A DNA stretch of 64,000 nucleotides from an uncultured Bacteroidota bacterium. GTDB lineage: Bacteria; Bacteroidota; Bacteroidia; Chitinophagales; Chitinophagaceae. A model generated the notes under the pieces. That model was not told where the DNA came from, ran no database searches, and saw only the letters and a list, made by a program, of their open reading frames with translations. Of this stretch, positions 27,731 through 36,219 are shown piece after piece (within the stretch, counting starts at the first letter, position 1; every line of letters begins with the position of its first letter). A program made the translations under genes and the position numbers. The DNA lies in the NCBI GenBank assembly GCA_903929425.1, contig CAIYUO010000110.1:12845-76844 (forward strand), in the 5' to 3' direction.

Positions 27731-28888
27731 TTATATATTATGAGCCGTCCATTTTTTATCCGACTGTGATGATGCCACCACATTTTCGATAAATGCCATT
27801 CCTCTTAATCCATCCTCAATTCCAGGGAAATCAAGCATTTCAGCAGTAGGGGTTGTGCCATCCATTTTACATCCTAAGGTCAAAGCAAAATTGCGATAAA
27901 TATTTCCAAATGCTTCTAAATATCCCTCAGGGTGTCCTGCCGGAGTACGACAGTTATGTGTTGCAGCTTTATATAAATGTGCACTACCCGCCCTGTAAAT
28001 TTGTGTTGGTTGATCCAACCATTTTACCAACAATGAATTGGGCTCGTGTTGGAACCATTCTATTCCACCAAGTTCACCATACACTCTAATTTTCAATGCA
28101 TTTTCTTCACCAGCTGCCACCTGAGATGCCATTAAAACACCTTTTGCTCCATTGTCAAACTTTAGCATCACAGCGCCATCGTCGTCCATGATTCTTCCTT
28201 CAACAAGTGTATTCAATTCAGCACAGATATCGGTAATTTTTCCACCTGAAATGTATTCCGCTAAATGGGCAGCATGAGTTCCTATATCACCCATCACCGA
28301 GCTTTTGCCTGATTTACTAGGATCTGTTCTCCAGGCTGCTTGCTTATTGCCTTCTTTTTCCGATAGTTTACTCAACCATCCTTGTGGGTACTCCACCCAT
28401 ACTTTTCTGATTTTCCCCAACTTGCCATCGGCAATCATTGCCTTAGCTTGCTTCACCATTGGATAACCGGAATAAGTATGTGTTAGGCAAAGTGTAAGAC
28501 CCGTTTCGTCCAATTTTTTCTTAAGTTGCTTTGCTTCATCTAATGAAAGGGTGATGGGCTTTTCAATGACCACATTAAAGCCATAATCCAAAGCCATCAT
28601 TGCTGGTGCAAAATGCGCAAAATTGGGTGTCACAATCGTAACAAAATCCATACGTTGGTCAGCAAGTAATGTTGCCTCGGTTTTTATCATTTCTTCAAAA
28701 GTGGTATAGGTCCTGGAATCTGGTAAAAACAACGCCTTTCCTGAAGCCTTTGCAATTTCTGGATTAATACTTAAAGCACCACAAGCTAATTCAATGAGAC
28801 CATCCATATTGGCTGCAATACGATGAACGGCACCAATAAATGCATCTTGGCCTCCGCCGACCATACCCATGCGCAATTTTCGATTCAT
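27731..28888 (-). CDS. Gfo/Idh/MocA NAD-dependent oxidoreductase, cytoplasmic
   Basis: GMVGGG..AFIG..H, TPNFAH, EKP, GDIGTH. Confidence 0.93.
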   Translation of the reverse strand: MNRKLRMGMVGGGQDAFIGAVHRIAANMDGLIELACGALSINPEIAKASGKALFLPDSRTYTTFEEMIKTEATLLADQRMDFVTIVTPNFAHFAPAMMALDYGFNVVIEKPITLSLDEAKQLKKKLDETGLTLCLTHTYSGYPMVKQAKAMIADGKLGKIRKVWVEYPQGWLSKLSEKEGNKQAAWRTDPSKSGKSSVMGDIGTHAAHLAEYISGGKITDICAELNTLVEGRIMDDDGAVMLKFDNGAKGVLMASQVAAGEENALKIRVYGELGGIEWFQHEPNSLLVKWLDQPTQIYRAGSAHLYKAATHNCRTPAGHPEGYLEAFGNIYRNFALTLGCKMDGTTPTAEMLDFPGIEDGLRGMAFIENVVASSQSDKKWTAHNI

Positions 28889-29077
28889 TTTTTTTGTAAT
28901 TTATTTAACTAGACAATCGTTTTATTGTGTCATGATAACACTTTCAAAATAACACTATAGCAATTTCCCTCAATTTTCTTAAAAACACCACTTTTTCATC
29001 AAAAATATTTTAAAAGAACCCAAATAAAATTTACATTTATCCTCGATTGCGATTTAATTAACGAACCTCGTCTTGCT

Positions 29078-29968
29078 ATGTCATCATCAATTAATAGAAG
29101 GAGTTTACTGAAACATGTTATCACTGGATCGGCTGCTATGGCTGCCGGAGTAGTAATTCCTAAATCAGTAATGGCTTCGGCTGTCAACCAACATGCTCCG
29201 TTAAAAGGTAATATTAATCATTCCGTTTGCAGGTGGTGTTATAATGATGTGCCTTTGGAGGATTTATGTAAAGTGATTAATGAAATTGGATTTACTGCAA
29301 TTGATTTATTAAAACCTAATGAATGGCCAATTGCTAAAAAATATGGCTTGAATTGCTCCATGTGTTATACTGCTGGTGAAACAAGTTTAACAAAGGGTTG
29401 GAATGATTTAAAAAATCATGAATGGTTAATTAAAGATTATTTAGAAGGAATTAAATTAGTTGCGGAAGCAGGTTATACCAATTTGATTTGTTTTGCGGGC
29501 AATCGAAATGGTATGGATGACGAAACGGGTTTACAAAACTGTGTGACTGGATTAAAACAAATCATGCCATTGGCTGAAAAATTGGGTGTCATCATACAAA
29601 TTGAATTGTTTAATTCTCGCATTGATCATAAGGATTATATGGGTGACAAGTCGGCTTGGGGTATTGAACTTTGCAAGCGTTTAGGTTCTCCTAATTTTAA
29701 AATTCTTTTTGACATTTATCATATGCAAATTGATGAAGGCGATATTATTCGTTCTATCCAAAACAATCATCAATACTTTGGTCATTATCATACCGCAGGT
29801 GTTCCAGGCCGTCACGAAATTGACGAGCGTCAAGAATTGTATTATCCAGCCATAATGCGTGCGATAGTTGATAGTGGTTACAAAGGATATGTGGCGCAAG
29901 AATTTATGGCGAAGGATCCAGATAAAATCGCTTCCTTAAAAGCAGCGATTAAAATATGCGATGTATAA
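29078..29968 (+). CDS. Tat-exported hydroxypyruvate-isomerase-like TIM-barrel protein
   Basis: NRRSLLK Tat motif, ELFNSRIDH, FDIYHMQIDEG, HYHTAGVPGRHE. Confidence 0.88.
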   Translation: MSSSINRRSLLKHVITGSAAMAAGVVIPKSVMASAVNQHAPLKGNINHSVCRWCYNDVPLEDLCKVINEIGFTAIDLLKPNEWPIAKKYGLNCSMCYTAGETSLTKGWNDLKNHEWLIKDYLEGIKLVAEAGYTNLICFAGNRNGMDDETGLQNCVTGLKQIMPLAEKLGVIIQIELFNSRIDHKDYMGDKSAWGIELCKRLGSPNFKILFDIYHMQIDEGDIIRSIQNNHQYFGHYHTAGVPGRHEIDERQELYYPAIMRAIVDSGYKGYVAQEFMAKDPDKIASLKAAIKICDV

Positions 29969-30056
29969 AAGTGTATTAATAATTTGAAATAATGAAACTT
30001 AAATAATCAATCAACTTTTTTAATAAAATTCCAATTCACAAATAAAATTTACCAAA

Positions 30057-31736
30057 ATGGCGGGACAACAGTATGACGCAATTGTAGTAGGATCTGGTAT
30101 CAGCGGTGGCTGGGCTGCAAAAGAACTTACCGAAAAAGGATTAAAAGTTTTAATGCTTGAACGTGGTCGAAATATTGAGCACATCAAAGATTATGTAAAT
30201 GCAAACAAGGAAGCTTGGGATCATCCACATCGTGGTGGAAGAACGCAACAAATGATAAAAGACTATCCAGTTTTAAAAAGAGACTATCCATTAAACGAAA
30301 CGAATTTGGATTACTGGTGTTCAGACAAGGATCATCCTTATACCGAAACAAAACGCTTTGATTGGTTTAGAGGTTATCATGTTGGTGGACGTTCTTTAAT
30401 GTGGGGTCGTCAAAGTTATCGTTGGTCCGATATGGACTTTGAAGCGAATGCAAAAGATGGCATTGCTGTTGATTGGCCTGTGCGTTATAAGGAAATTGAA
30501 CCTTGGTATGATTATGTAGAAAAATTTGCAGGTATCAGTGGCAATAGAGATGGTATTGATATATTGCCAGATGGACAGTTTTTACCTCCGATGGATTTGA
30601 CTTGTGTGGAGAAAGATGTAGCAGCAAGAATTAAAGATATTTATAAAGGAAGCCGTCATTTAATCATAGGTCGTACAGCAAACATAACGGTACCTCACGA
30701 GGGTCGCCCAGGATGTCAATTTAGAAATAAATGTTGGTTGGGTTGTCCATTTGGTGGGTATTTCAGCACACAATCTTCTACTTTACCAGCTGCAATGGCA
30801 ACAGGAAATTTAACTTTAAGACCTTTTAGTATTGTCACAGAAATTAAATATGACAAGGATAAAAAACGTGCAACAGGCGTTACTGTTTTAGATGCGGAGA
30901 CCAATAAAACAATTGAATACACTGCAAAAATTATTTTCTTAAATGCTTCTACTTTAAATAGTACTTGGGTTTTAATGAACTCGGCGACTGATGTTTGGGA
31001 AGGCGGATTGGGAAGTAGTAGTAATGCATTAGGTAAAAACTTAATGGACCATCACTTAGGAAATAGAGCAGGTGGGACTATTGAAGGGTATGAAGACAAG
31101 TATACATTTGGCCGTCGTGCTAATGGTTTTTATATTCCAAGATTTAGAAATATAGGTGGTGAGAAGCGTGATTATTTACGTGGTTTTGGTTATCAAGGTA
31201 GTGCCAACCGAGCTGGATGGGGTCATGATGTTGCTGAGGTAAGTATTGGTGCTAAATTTAAAGATGCATTAACTGAGCCAGGTGGATGGTCAATTGGTAT
31301 GATGGGCTTTGGTGAAATGTTACCTGATCCAACCAATAAAGTAACACTAGATAAAACCAAAAAAGATAAGTGGGGATTAAATGTCTTAAATATTGATTGT
31401 GAGCTGAAAGACAATGAGATCAAAATGCGTAAAGATATTTTAGAGGACGCAAAAGAAATGCTAGAGCGTGCAGGTGCAAAAAATGTTCAAGGACATGAAG
31501 GAGACGGTACGCCTGGACGTGGTATTCATGAAATGGGAACAGCACGTATGGGAAGAGATCCTAAGACTTCAGTATTGAATGGGAATAATCAAATTTGGGA
31601 TGCGCTGAATGTATTTGTTACCGATGGTTCATTTATGACAAGTGCAAATTGCGTGAACCCTTCTTTGACTTATATGGCATTTACTGCACGTGCAGTTGAT
31701 TTTGCGGTAAGTGAATTGAAAAAAGGAAATTTATAA
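30057..31736 (+). CDS. GMC-family FAD oxidoreductase (glucoside 3-dehydrogenase catalytic subunit-like)
   Basis: GSGISGG FAD motif, VGGRSLMWGR, C..RNKC..GC cluster, HEMGTARMG, VNPSLT. Confidence 0.92.
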   Translation: MAGQQYDAIVVGSGISGGWAAKELTEKGLKVLMLERGRNIEHIKDYVNANKEAWDHPHRGGRTQQMIKDYPVLKRDYPLNETNLDYWCSDKDHPYTETKRFDWFRGYHVGGRSLMWGRQSYRWSDMDFEANAKDGIAVDWPVRYKEIEPWYDYVEKFAGISGNRDGIDILPDGQFLPPMDLTCVEKDVAARIKDIYKGSRHLIIGRTANITVPHEGRPGCQFRNKCWLGCPFGGYFSTQSSTLPAAMATGNLTLRPFSIVTEIKYDKDKKRATGVTVLDAETNKTIEYTAKIIFLNASTLNSTWVLMNSATDVWEGGLGSSSNALGKNLMDHHLGNRAGGTIEGYEDKYTFGRRANGFYIPRFRNIGGEKRDYLRGFGYQGSANRAGWGHDVAEVSIGAKFKDALTEPGGWSIGMMGFGEMLPDPTNKVTLDKTKKDKWGLNVLNIDCELKDNEIKMRKDILEDAKEMLERAGAKNVQGHEGDGTPGRGIHEMGTARMGRDPKTSVLNGNNQIWDALNVFVTDGSFMTSANCVNPSLTYMAFTARAVDFAVSELKKGNL

Positions 31737-31769
31737 TTTATTAAATGTCAAATTTTAAAAAATAATTTT

Positions 31770-32360
31770 ATGATCAATAGAAGAGAAGCCTTATCAAGAG
31801 TTGCCCTAATCATGGGTGGTACGGTATTAGGCGCAGAAGCTTTTTTATCAGGTTGCAAAACCAATACAAAGGGAGTTTCATTTTCAAAAGACGATATTGC
31901 TTTTTTAAATGAAGTAGCTGAAACGATTATTCCAGCAACAACAACGCCAGGTGCAAAAGAAGCAAAGGTTGGAGAGTTCATGCAAATCATGGTAAGTGAT
32001 TGTTATGAAGAAAAAGACCAAGCAATTTTTGTAGAAGGCATCAAAAAATTAGACGAAGCTGCTAAGCAATTAAATGGTAAAGGTTTTATGGAATCAACTC
32101 CTGAACAACGTAACACTTTATTAGTAGCTTTAGATAAAGAAGCTAAGGAACAAGCTGCGAAGGCAGCTGATGAAAAGAAGACAAATCCAACTAAAGAATT
32201 TCCTAAACATTACTTTACCATGATGAAGCAATTAACTTTATCAGGTTTTTTCACCTCTGAAGTAGGTGCTACTAAAGCATTACGTTATGTGGCAGTTCCA
32301 GGTAAATATGAAGGATGTGTTCCATATAAAAAAGGCGATAAGGCTTGGGCTACTAGCTAA
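31770..32360 (+). CDS. Gluconate 2-dehydrogenase subunit 3 family Tat lipoprotein (small subunit of the GMC enzyme)
   Basis: NRREAL Tat motif, LSGC lipobox, ETIIP.T.TPGA, KQLTLSGFFTSEVG. Confidence 0.9.
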   Translation: MINRREALSRVALIMGGTVLGAEAFLSGCKTNTKGVSFSKDDIAFLNEVAETIIPATTTPGAKEAKVGEFMQIMVSDCYEEKDQAIFVEGIKKLDEAAKQLNGKGFMESTPEQRNTLLVALDKEAKEQAAKAADEKKTNPTKEFPKHYFTMMKQLTLSGFFTSEVGATKALRYVAVPGKYEGCVPYKKGDKAWATS

Positions 32361-32395
32361 TCAATTTTTTTATATTAAATTATTACAAAACAATT

Positions 32396-33256
32396 ATGAA
32401 TAATTCAAGAAGAGACTTCTTACGCAATTCAGCTTTAGCTGGGTTTGCTTTATCAATGCCCTATAAAAATGAATTAATGGCGATGGCAAATAATTCAAAA
32501 CCATTTGGTTTACAATTATGGTCTGTTAAGCAGTCTTTATATAAAGACACATTAGGTGTTTTAAAACAAATAGCTGCAAATGGGTATAAAAAAATTGAAG
32601 GTTTTGAAGGGGATATAGGGTTGTTTTGGGGAATGAAACATACAGAATTAAAAAAAGTGATGGATGATTTAGGAATGAATTTTGTTTCGTCTCATTGTGA
32701 AATTTCTAAAGACTTTGAACGCAAAGCTGCACAAGCAGGTGAAATAGGAATGAAGTATTTATTCTGTCCGCATAAAGGGGCACAACCTAGCATTGATAAT
32801 TATAAAAAGTTTGCAGACGAATTTAATACCTGTGGAGAAATTGCAAAAAAACATGGAATTCGTTTTGCGTATCATAATCATGATTATTCTTTTGTTCCAA
32901 TGAATGGCATTGTACCTCAGGATGTAATGATGAAAAACACAGATCCTAAAATTGTTGATTTTGAAATGGACTTGTATTGGACTAGGGTAGCGAATGTTAA
33001 TCCACTGACCTATATGGATAAGTATCCTAATCGTTTTAAATTAGTGCACGTTAAAGATTTGGTTAAAACAAATACGGAAAAAGGACATGAGTCTTGTCTT
33101 ATTGGAAAAGGAACTATTGATTATAAATCCTTATTACCACAAGTAGCAAAACGTGGTGTGCAACATATGTTTGTTGAGCAAGAAGATTATACAGGAACCA
33201 ATGAGATGGACGCTGCTAAAATTGATGCAGCCTATGTAAAAACATTGAATTGGTAA
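32396..33256 (+). CDS. Tat-exported sugar phosphate isomerase/epimerase
   Basis: SRRDFL, GLQLWSV, YHNHDY, FEMDLYW, HVKD, FVEQE. Confidence 0.9.
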   Translation: MNNSRRDFLRNSALAGFALSMPYKNELMAMANNSKPFGLQLWSVKQSLYKDTLGVLKQIAANGYKKIEGFEGDIGLFWGMKHTELKKVMDDLGMNFVSSHCEISKDFERKAAQAGEIGMKYLFCPHKGAQPSIDNYKKFADEFNTCGEIAKKHGIRFAYHNHDYSFVPMNGIVPQDVMMKNTDPKIVDFEMDLYWTRVANVNPLTYMDKYPNRFKLVHVKDLVKTNTEKGHESCLIGKGTIDYKSLLPQVAKRGVQHMFVEQEDYTGTNEMDAAKIDAAYVKTLNW

Positions 33257-33276
33257 TTGCTATTTAAAGCGACTTA

Positions 33277-33314
33277 TAAAAAACCCCCGACGCTTAAGTG
33301 TCGGGGGTTTTTTA
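33277..33314. terminator. Bidirectional intrinsic terminator between convergent genes
   Basis: TAAAAAACCCCCGAC-gcttaagt-GTCGGGGGTTTTTTA. Confidence 0.9.
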
Positions 33315-33326
33315 TTCATAACATTT

Positions 33327-34499
33327 TTATACTGAAATTAAATCTGTTGTTTTAATAATCGTACTTAATGCTTGATGAAGTGATTCTAAGTCCTGTAAAG
33401 TATTGAAAGCATTTATTGAATAGCGCATATATACATCATTGCTTTGGCGCATGATGGGAATTTCAATATTAAAATCAGTAAATAACTTTCTTTGTAATAC
33501 TTCGGGCTCCTTAGTATGAATAGGAATAGAAATCATTTGACCAATCCATTCATTCGTTAATGGACTGATTGGATGGGTGCCTAACAATTCATAAAACTTA
33601 CTTGCATTGGCCAGTACTATTTCATGACATTTTTTGGATACTTCTGTCCATTTATGATCGCTCATAAATTGTATACATGTTGGAATCGTTAAAAATGCGG
33701 AAAAATCTCTAGTACCAATCATTTGATGATAATCTAAAAATGATGAATGCGAGGGTTTGGCTGCTTTATATCCCCAGCTTACTACTAAGGGATCACATAA
33801 ATGTTGTACGCTTTTATGAGCGTATAAAAAGCTTGCACCCTTTGGGGCCATCATCCATTTATGACATGCGCCAACATAAAAATCAACGTCTAACTCATTT
33901 ATTTTTAAATCCACGTGAGCTGGTGCATGCGCTCCATCCACAATAGTTATTAATCCCTTTGATTTTGCAATAGCACATATTTCTTTTACTGGAAAAATTA
34001 ATGCAGTTGCGCTTGTAATATGACTAATAAAAATAGCTTTTGTTTTTGGCGTTAGTCCTTTGAAAAAGTCTTCAATAAATTGCTCCTTTGTAGTAATCGG
34101 TAAATTTATTTTTTGTCTTTTATAAATTGCATTCTTTTGTGCACAATAAAAATCCCAGGTTCTATCACAGGCACCATATTCAATATCTGTTGCTAAAATT
34201 TCATCACCCTCCTTTAATGGAAATGCCTTCGCAATTATGTTTACTGCAAAGCTTGGATTGGTTACATACACTAAATCATCTTTATCATCAACATGAATGA
34301 ACTTTGCTAATGCTGCTCTTGAAGTGGACAAATATGCAATACCATCAAAAACAATAAACTGGACAGGTTCTGCTTCTAATACCATTTGCCAATGCTGATA
34401 ATTTTCAAAAATGGGCTTTGGTGAAGCACCAAATGATCCAAAGTTTAAAAAGTGAATATCCTTTCTTAGTAAAAATTGATCCTTTAAATTATCATTCAT
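33327..34499 (-). CDS. Class V PLP enzyme (isopenicillin-N-epimerase / C-S lyase-like)
   Basis: FLNFGSFGA, SHITS.TA, VDGAHAP, YVGACHKWM PLP lysine. Confidence 0.88.
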   Translation of the reverse strand: MNDNLKDQFLLRKDIHFLNFGSFGASPKPIFENYQHWQMVLEAEPVQFIVFDGIAYLSTSRAALAKFIHVDDKDDLVYVTNPSFAVNIIAKAFPLKEGDEILATDIEYGACDRTWDFYCAQKNAIYKRQKINLPITTKEQFIEDFFKGLTPKTKAIFISHITSATALIFPVKEICAIAKSKGLITIVDGAHAPAHVDLKINELDVDFYVGACHKWMMAPKGASFLYAHKSVQHLCDPLVVSWGYKAAKPSHSSFLDYHQMIGTRDFSAFLTIPTCIQFMSDHKWTEVSKKCHEIVLANASKFYELLGTHPISPLTNEWIGQMISIPIHTKEPEVLQRKLFTDFNIEIPIMRQSNDVYMRYSINAFNTLQDLESLHQALSTIIKTTDLISV

Positions 34500-34551
34500 T
34501 TTTTTATCATTTTAAAATATATTAAATCAGCTATCCTTTTCGAAGTTAAGC

Positions 34552-34584
34552 AAAAAAATCCCCTCGACGCATCGAAGGGATTTT
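34552..34584 (-). terminator. Intrinsic terminator after the second Gfo/Idh/MocA gene
   Basis: AAAATCCCcTCGA-cgca-TCGAaGGGATTTT with A7 on the plus strand. Confidence 0.7.
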
Positions 34585-34609
34585 GAATATGCTAATTATT
34601 AATGTATGA

Positions 34610-36064
34610 TTATACCCCCAATGTCCAACCATCGCGATATGTTCTTTTTACAAATTGATTCGCTGGCTCAAAATTAGTGATTCTCATATTTGGACCATCC
34701 CACATAAGTTGAATATTGCGTCCTGGATAAGTAGTTCCCCCTTTTTTATCTGCTTCCTTATGGTCGTAACTTCTGATAGCCAAATTACCCATTAAAACAG
34801 ACTCTGTTAATGGACCTGCAATATCAAAATGTGAACTTAAATTTTTATGCTCTTTACTACCATGACCTGCGATACATGCTTCTACCCATGCAGCGTAGTG
34901 ACCATTGTCACCACCTTTCACGCGTTCGATGCTTTGTGGAACTTTAGTAGTTGCTGTTAAATTAGTAGGTAATAATTGAGGGTTTATGCCATATGTACCA
35001 GCCATCATCTTACCTTTTGTACCTTCAAAAATAACACCATTACCACCATCGCCCATTACTTCATTAGGTCCTAATTCTGCTGGACGCTCTGGTTGAATAC
35101 CTCCATCCATCCAATGCAATTTAACATCAGGTTTTCCATTTTGGCCCTTGAATGTTAAAATAATATGAGAAGCAGCTGGTGGACTGTCTGGAGAGTAAAC
35201 TCTTTGCCAAGGTGCAGTATAACGAGTTGCAACACTGCACTCAGCGGATACTGGATAACCTAATCCTAAAACGGCAAATGCTGGTGCCATAATATGACAT
35301 GCCATATCACCTAATGCACCGGTTCCGTAATCCCACCATCCTCTCCAGTTAAAAGGTAATAAGTCAGTGAAATAACTTTTTTCAGGAGCAGTACCTAACC
35401 ATAAATTAAAATCAAGTTCTTTTGGAATTTCGTTTGCAGTTACTGGACGAATAACTCCTTGAGGCCAAACTGGGCGATCGGTATAGCAATATATAGTATG
35501 CACATCACCAATTAAACCTGCGTTATACCAGTCTTGTAACATACGAACGCCATCACCTGAAGATCCTTGGTTTCCCATTTGTGTAACAACACTATAATCA
35601 TGTGCAGCCTTAGTCATCACACGCGCTTCATATATGTCGTGTGCCATTGGCTTTTGAACGTATACGTGTTTTTTTAATTGCATTGCAGCCATTGCTTGAA
35701 CACCGTGCATATGGTCGGGTGTTGAAACCGAACATGCATCAATAAACTTATGTTCTTTTTCTAACATTTCTCTGTAATCCTTATATACTTTAGCTTTTGG
35801 ATAACGTTTACGACTTAATGCAGTTTGACGTTCATCTACATCACATAAAAAAGCAATATCTGCTTTGCCGCTTTGGAAAAATGACCATAAATCACTTTCA
35901 CCTTTACCCCCAGCACCAATGCCGGCAACTTGTAATTTATCACTTGGTGCAGTAAATCCTTTACCGCCTAATACGTGTCTAGGCATAATGTAAAATCCGC
36001 CAAGCGCCATTGCGGAATTTCGGATAAAATCTCTTCTTGAGTTATCTGATTTTTTCTTGGACAT
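34610..36064 (-). CDS. Tat-exported Gfo/Idh/MocA oxidoreductase
   Basis: SRRDFI Tat motif, GIGAGGKG, STPDHMH, YVQKPM, VTQMGNQ, GALGDMACH; start moved to 36064. Confidence 0.92.
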   Translation of the reverse strand: MSKKKSDNSRRDFIRNSAMALGGFYIMPRHVLGGKGFTAPSDKLQVAGIGAGGKGESDLWSFFQSGKADIAFLCDVDERQTALSRKRYPKAKVYKDYREMLEKEHKFIDACSVSTPDHMHGVQAMAAMQLKKHVYVQKPMAHDIYEARVMTKAAHDYSVVTQMGNQGSSGDGVRMLQDWYNAGLIGDVHTIYCYTDRPVWPQGVIRPVTANEIPKELDFNLWLGTAPEKSYFTDLLPFNWRGWWDYGTGALGDMACHIMAPAFAVLGLGYPVSAECSVATRYTAPWQRVYSPDSPPAASHIILTFKGQNGKPDVKLHWMDGGIQPERPAELGPNEVMGDGGNGVIFEGTKGKMMAGTYGINPQLLPTNLTATTKVPQSIERVKGGDNGHYAAWVEACIAGHGSKEHKNLSSHFDIAGPLTESVLMGNLAIRSYDHKEADKKGGTTYPGRNIQLMWDGPNMRITNFEPANQFVKRTYRDGWTLGV

Positions 36065-36180
36065 AGGAATCTTTAATTTGTAGGTTTGCAAATCGTTTTT
36101 AAATCGTCCGTTAAATTATTGAAAAAATTGGAAAAAACACAATTATTTTGATGAAAGCACAATACAATTCTTGCATTCAT

Positions 36181-36196
36181 AATTTAAGCTTAAATT
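36181..36196. promoter_or_regulatory. Perfect 16-bp palindrome AATTTAAGCTTAAATT upstream of the aldehyde dehydrogenase gene
   Basis: Self-complementary; ends 23 nt before ATG 36220. Confidence 0.35.
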
Positions 36197-36219
36197 GCTA
36201 GTCTATAAAGTAATATCTT

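Noticed and set aside
2750-34499. Selenoneine/ergothioneine cluster formed by selD and the class V PLP enzyme
   Set aside because: 30 kb apart with unrelated genes between; no EgtB/SenA or SenB homolog seen.
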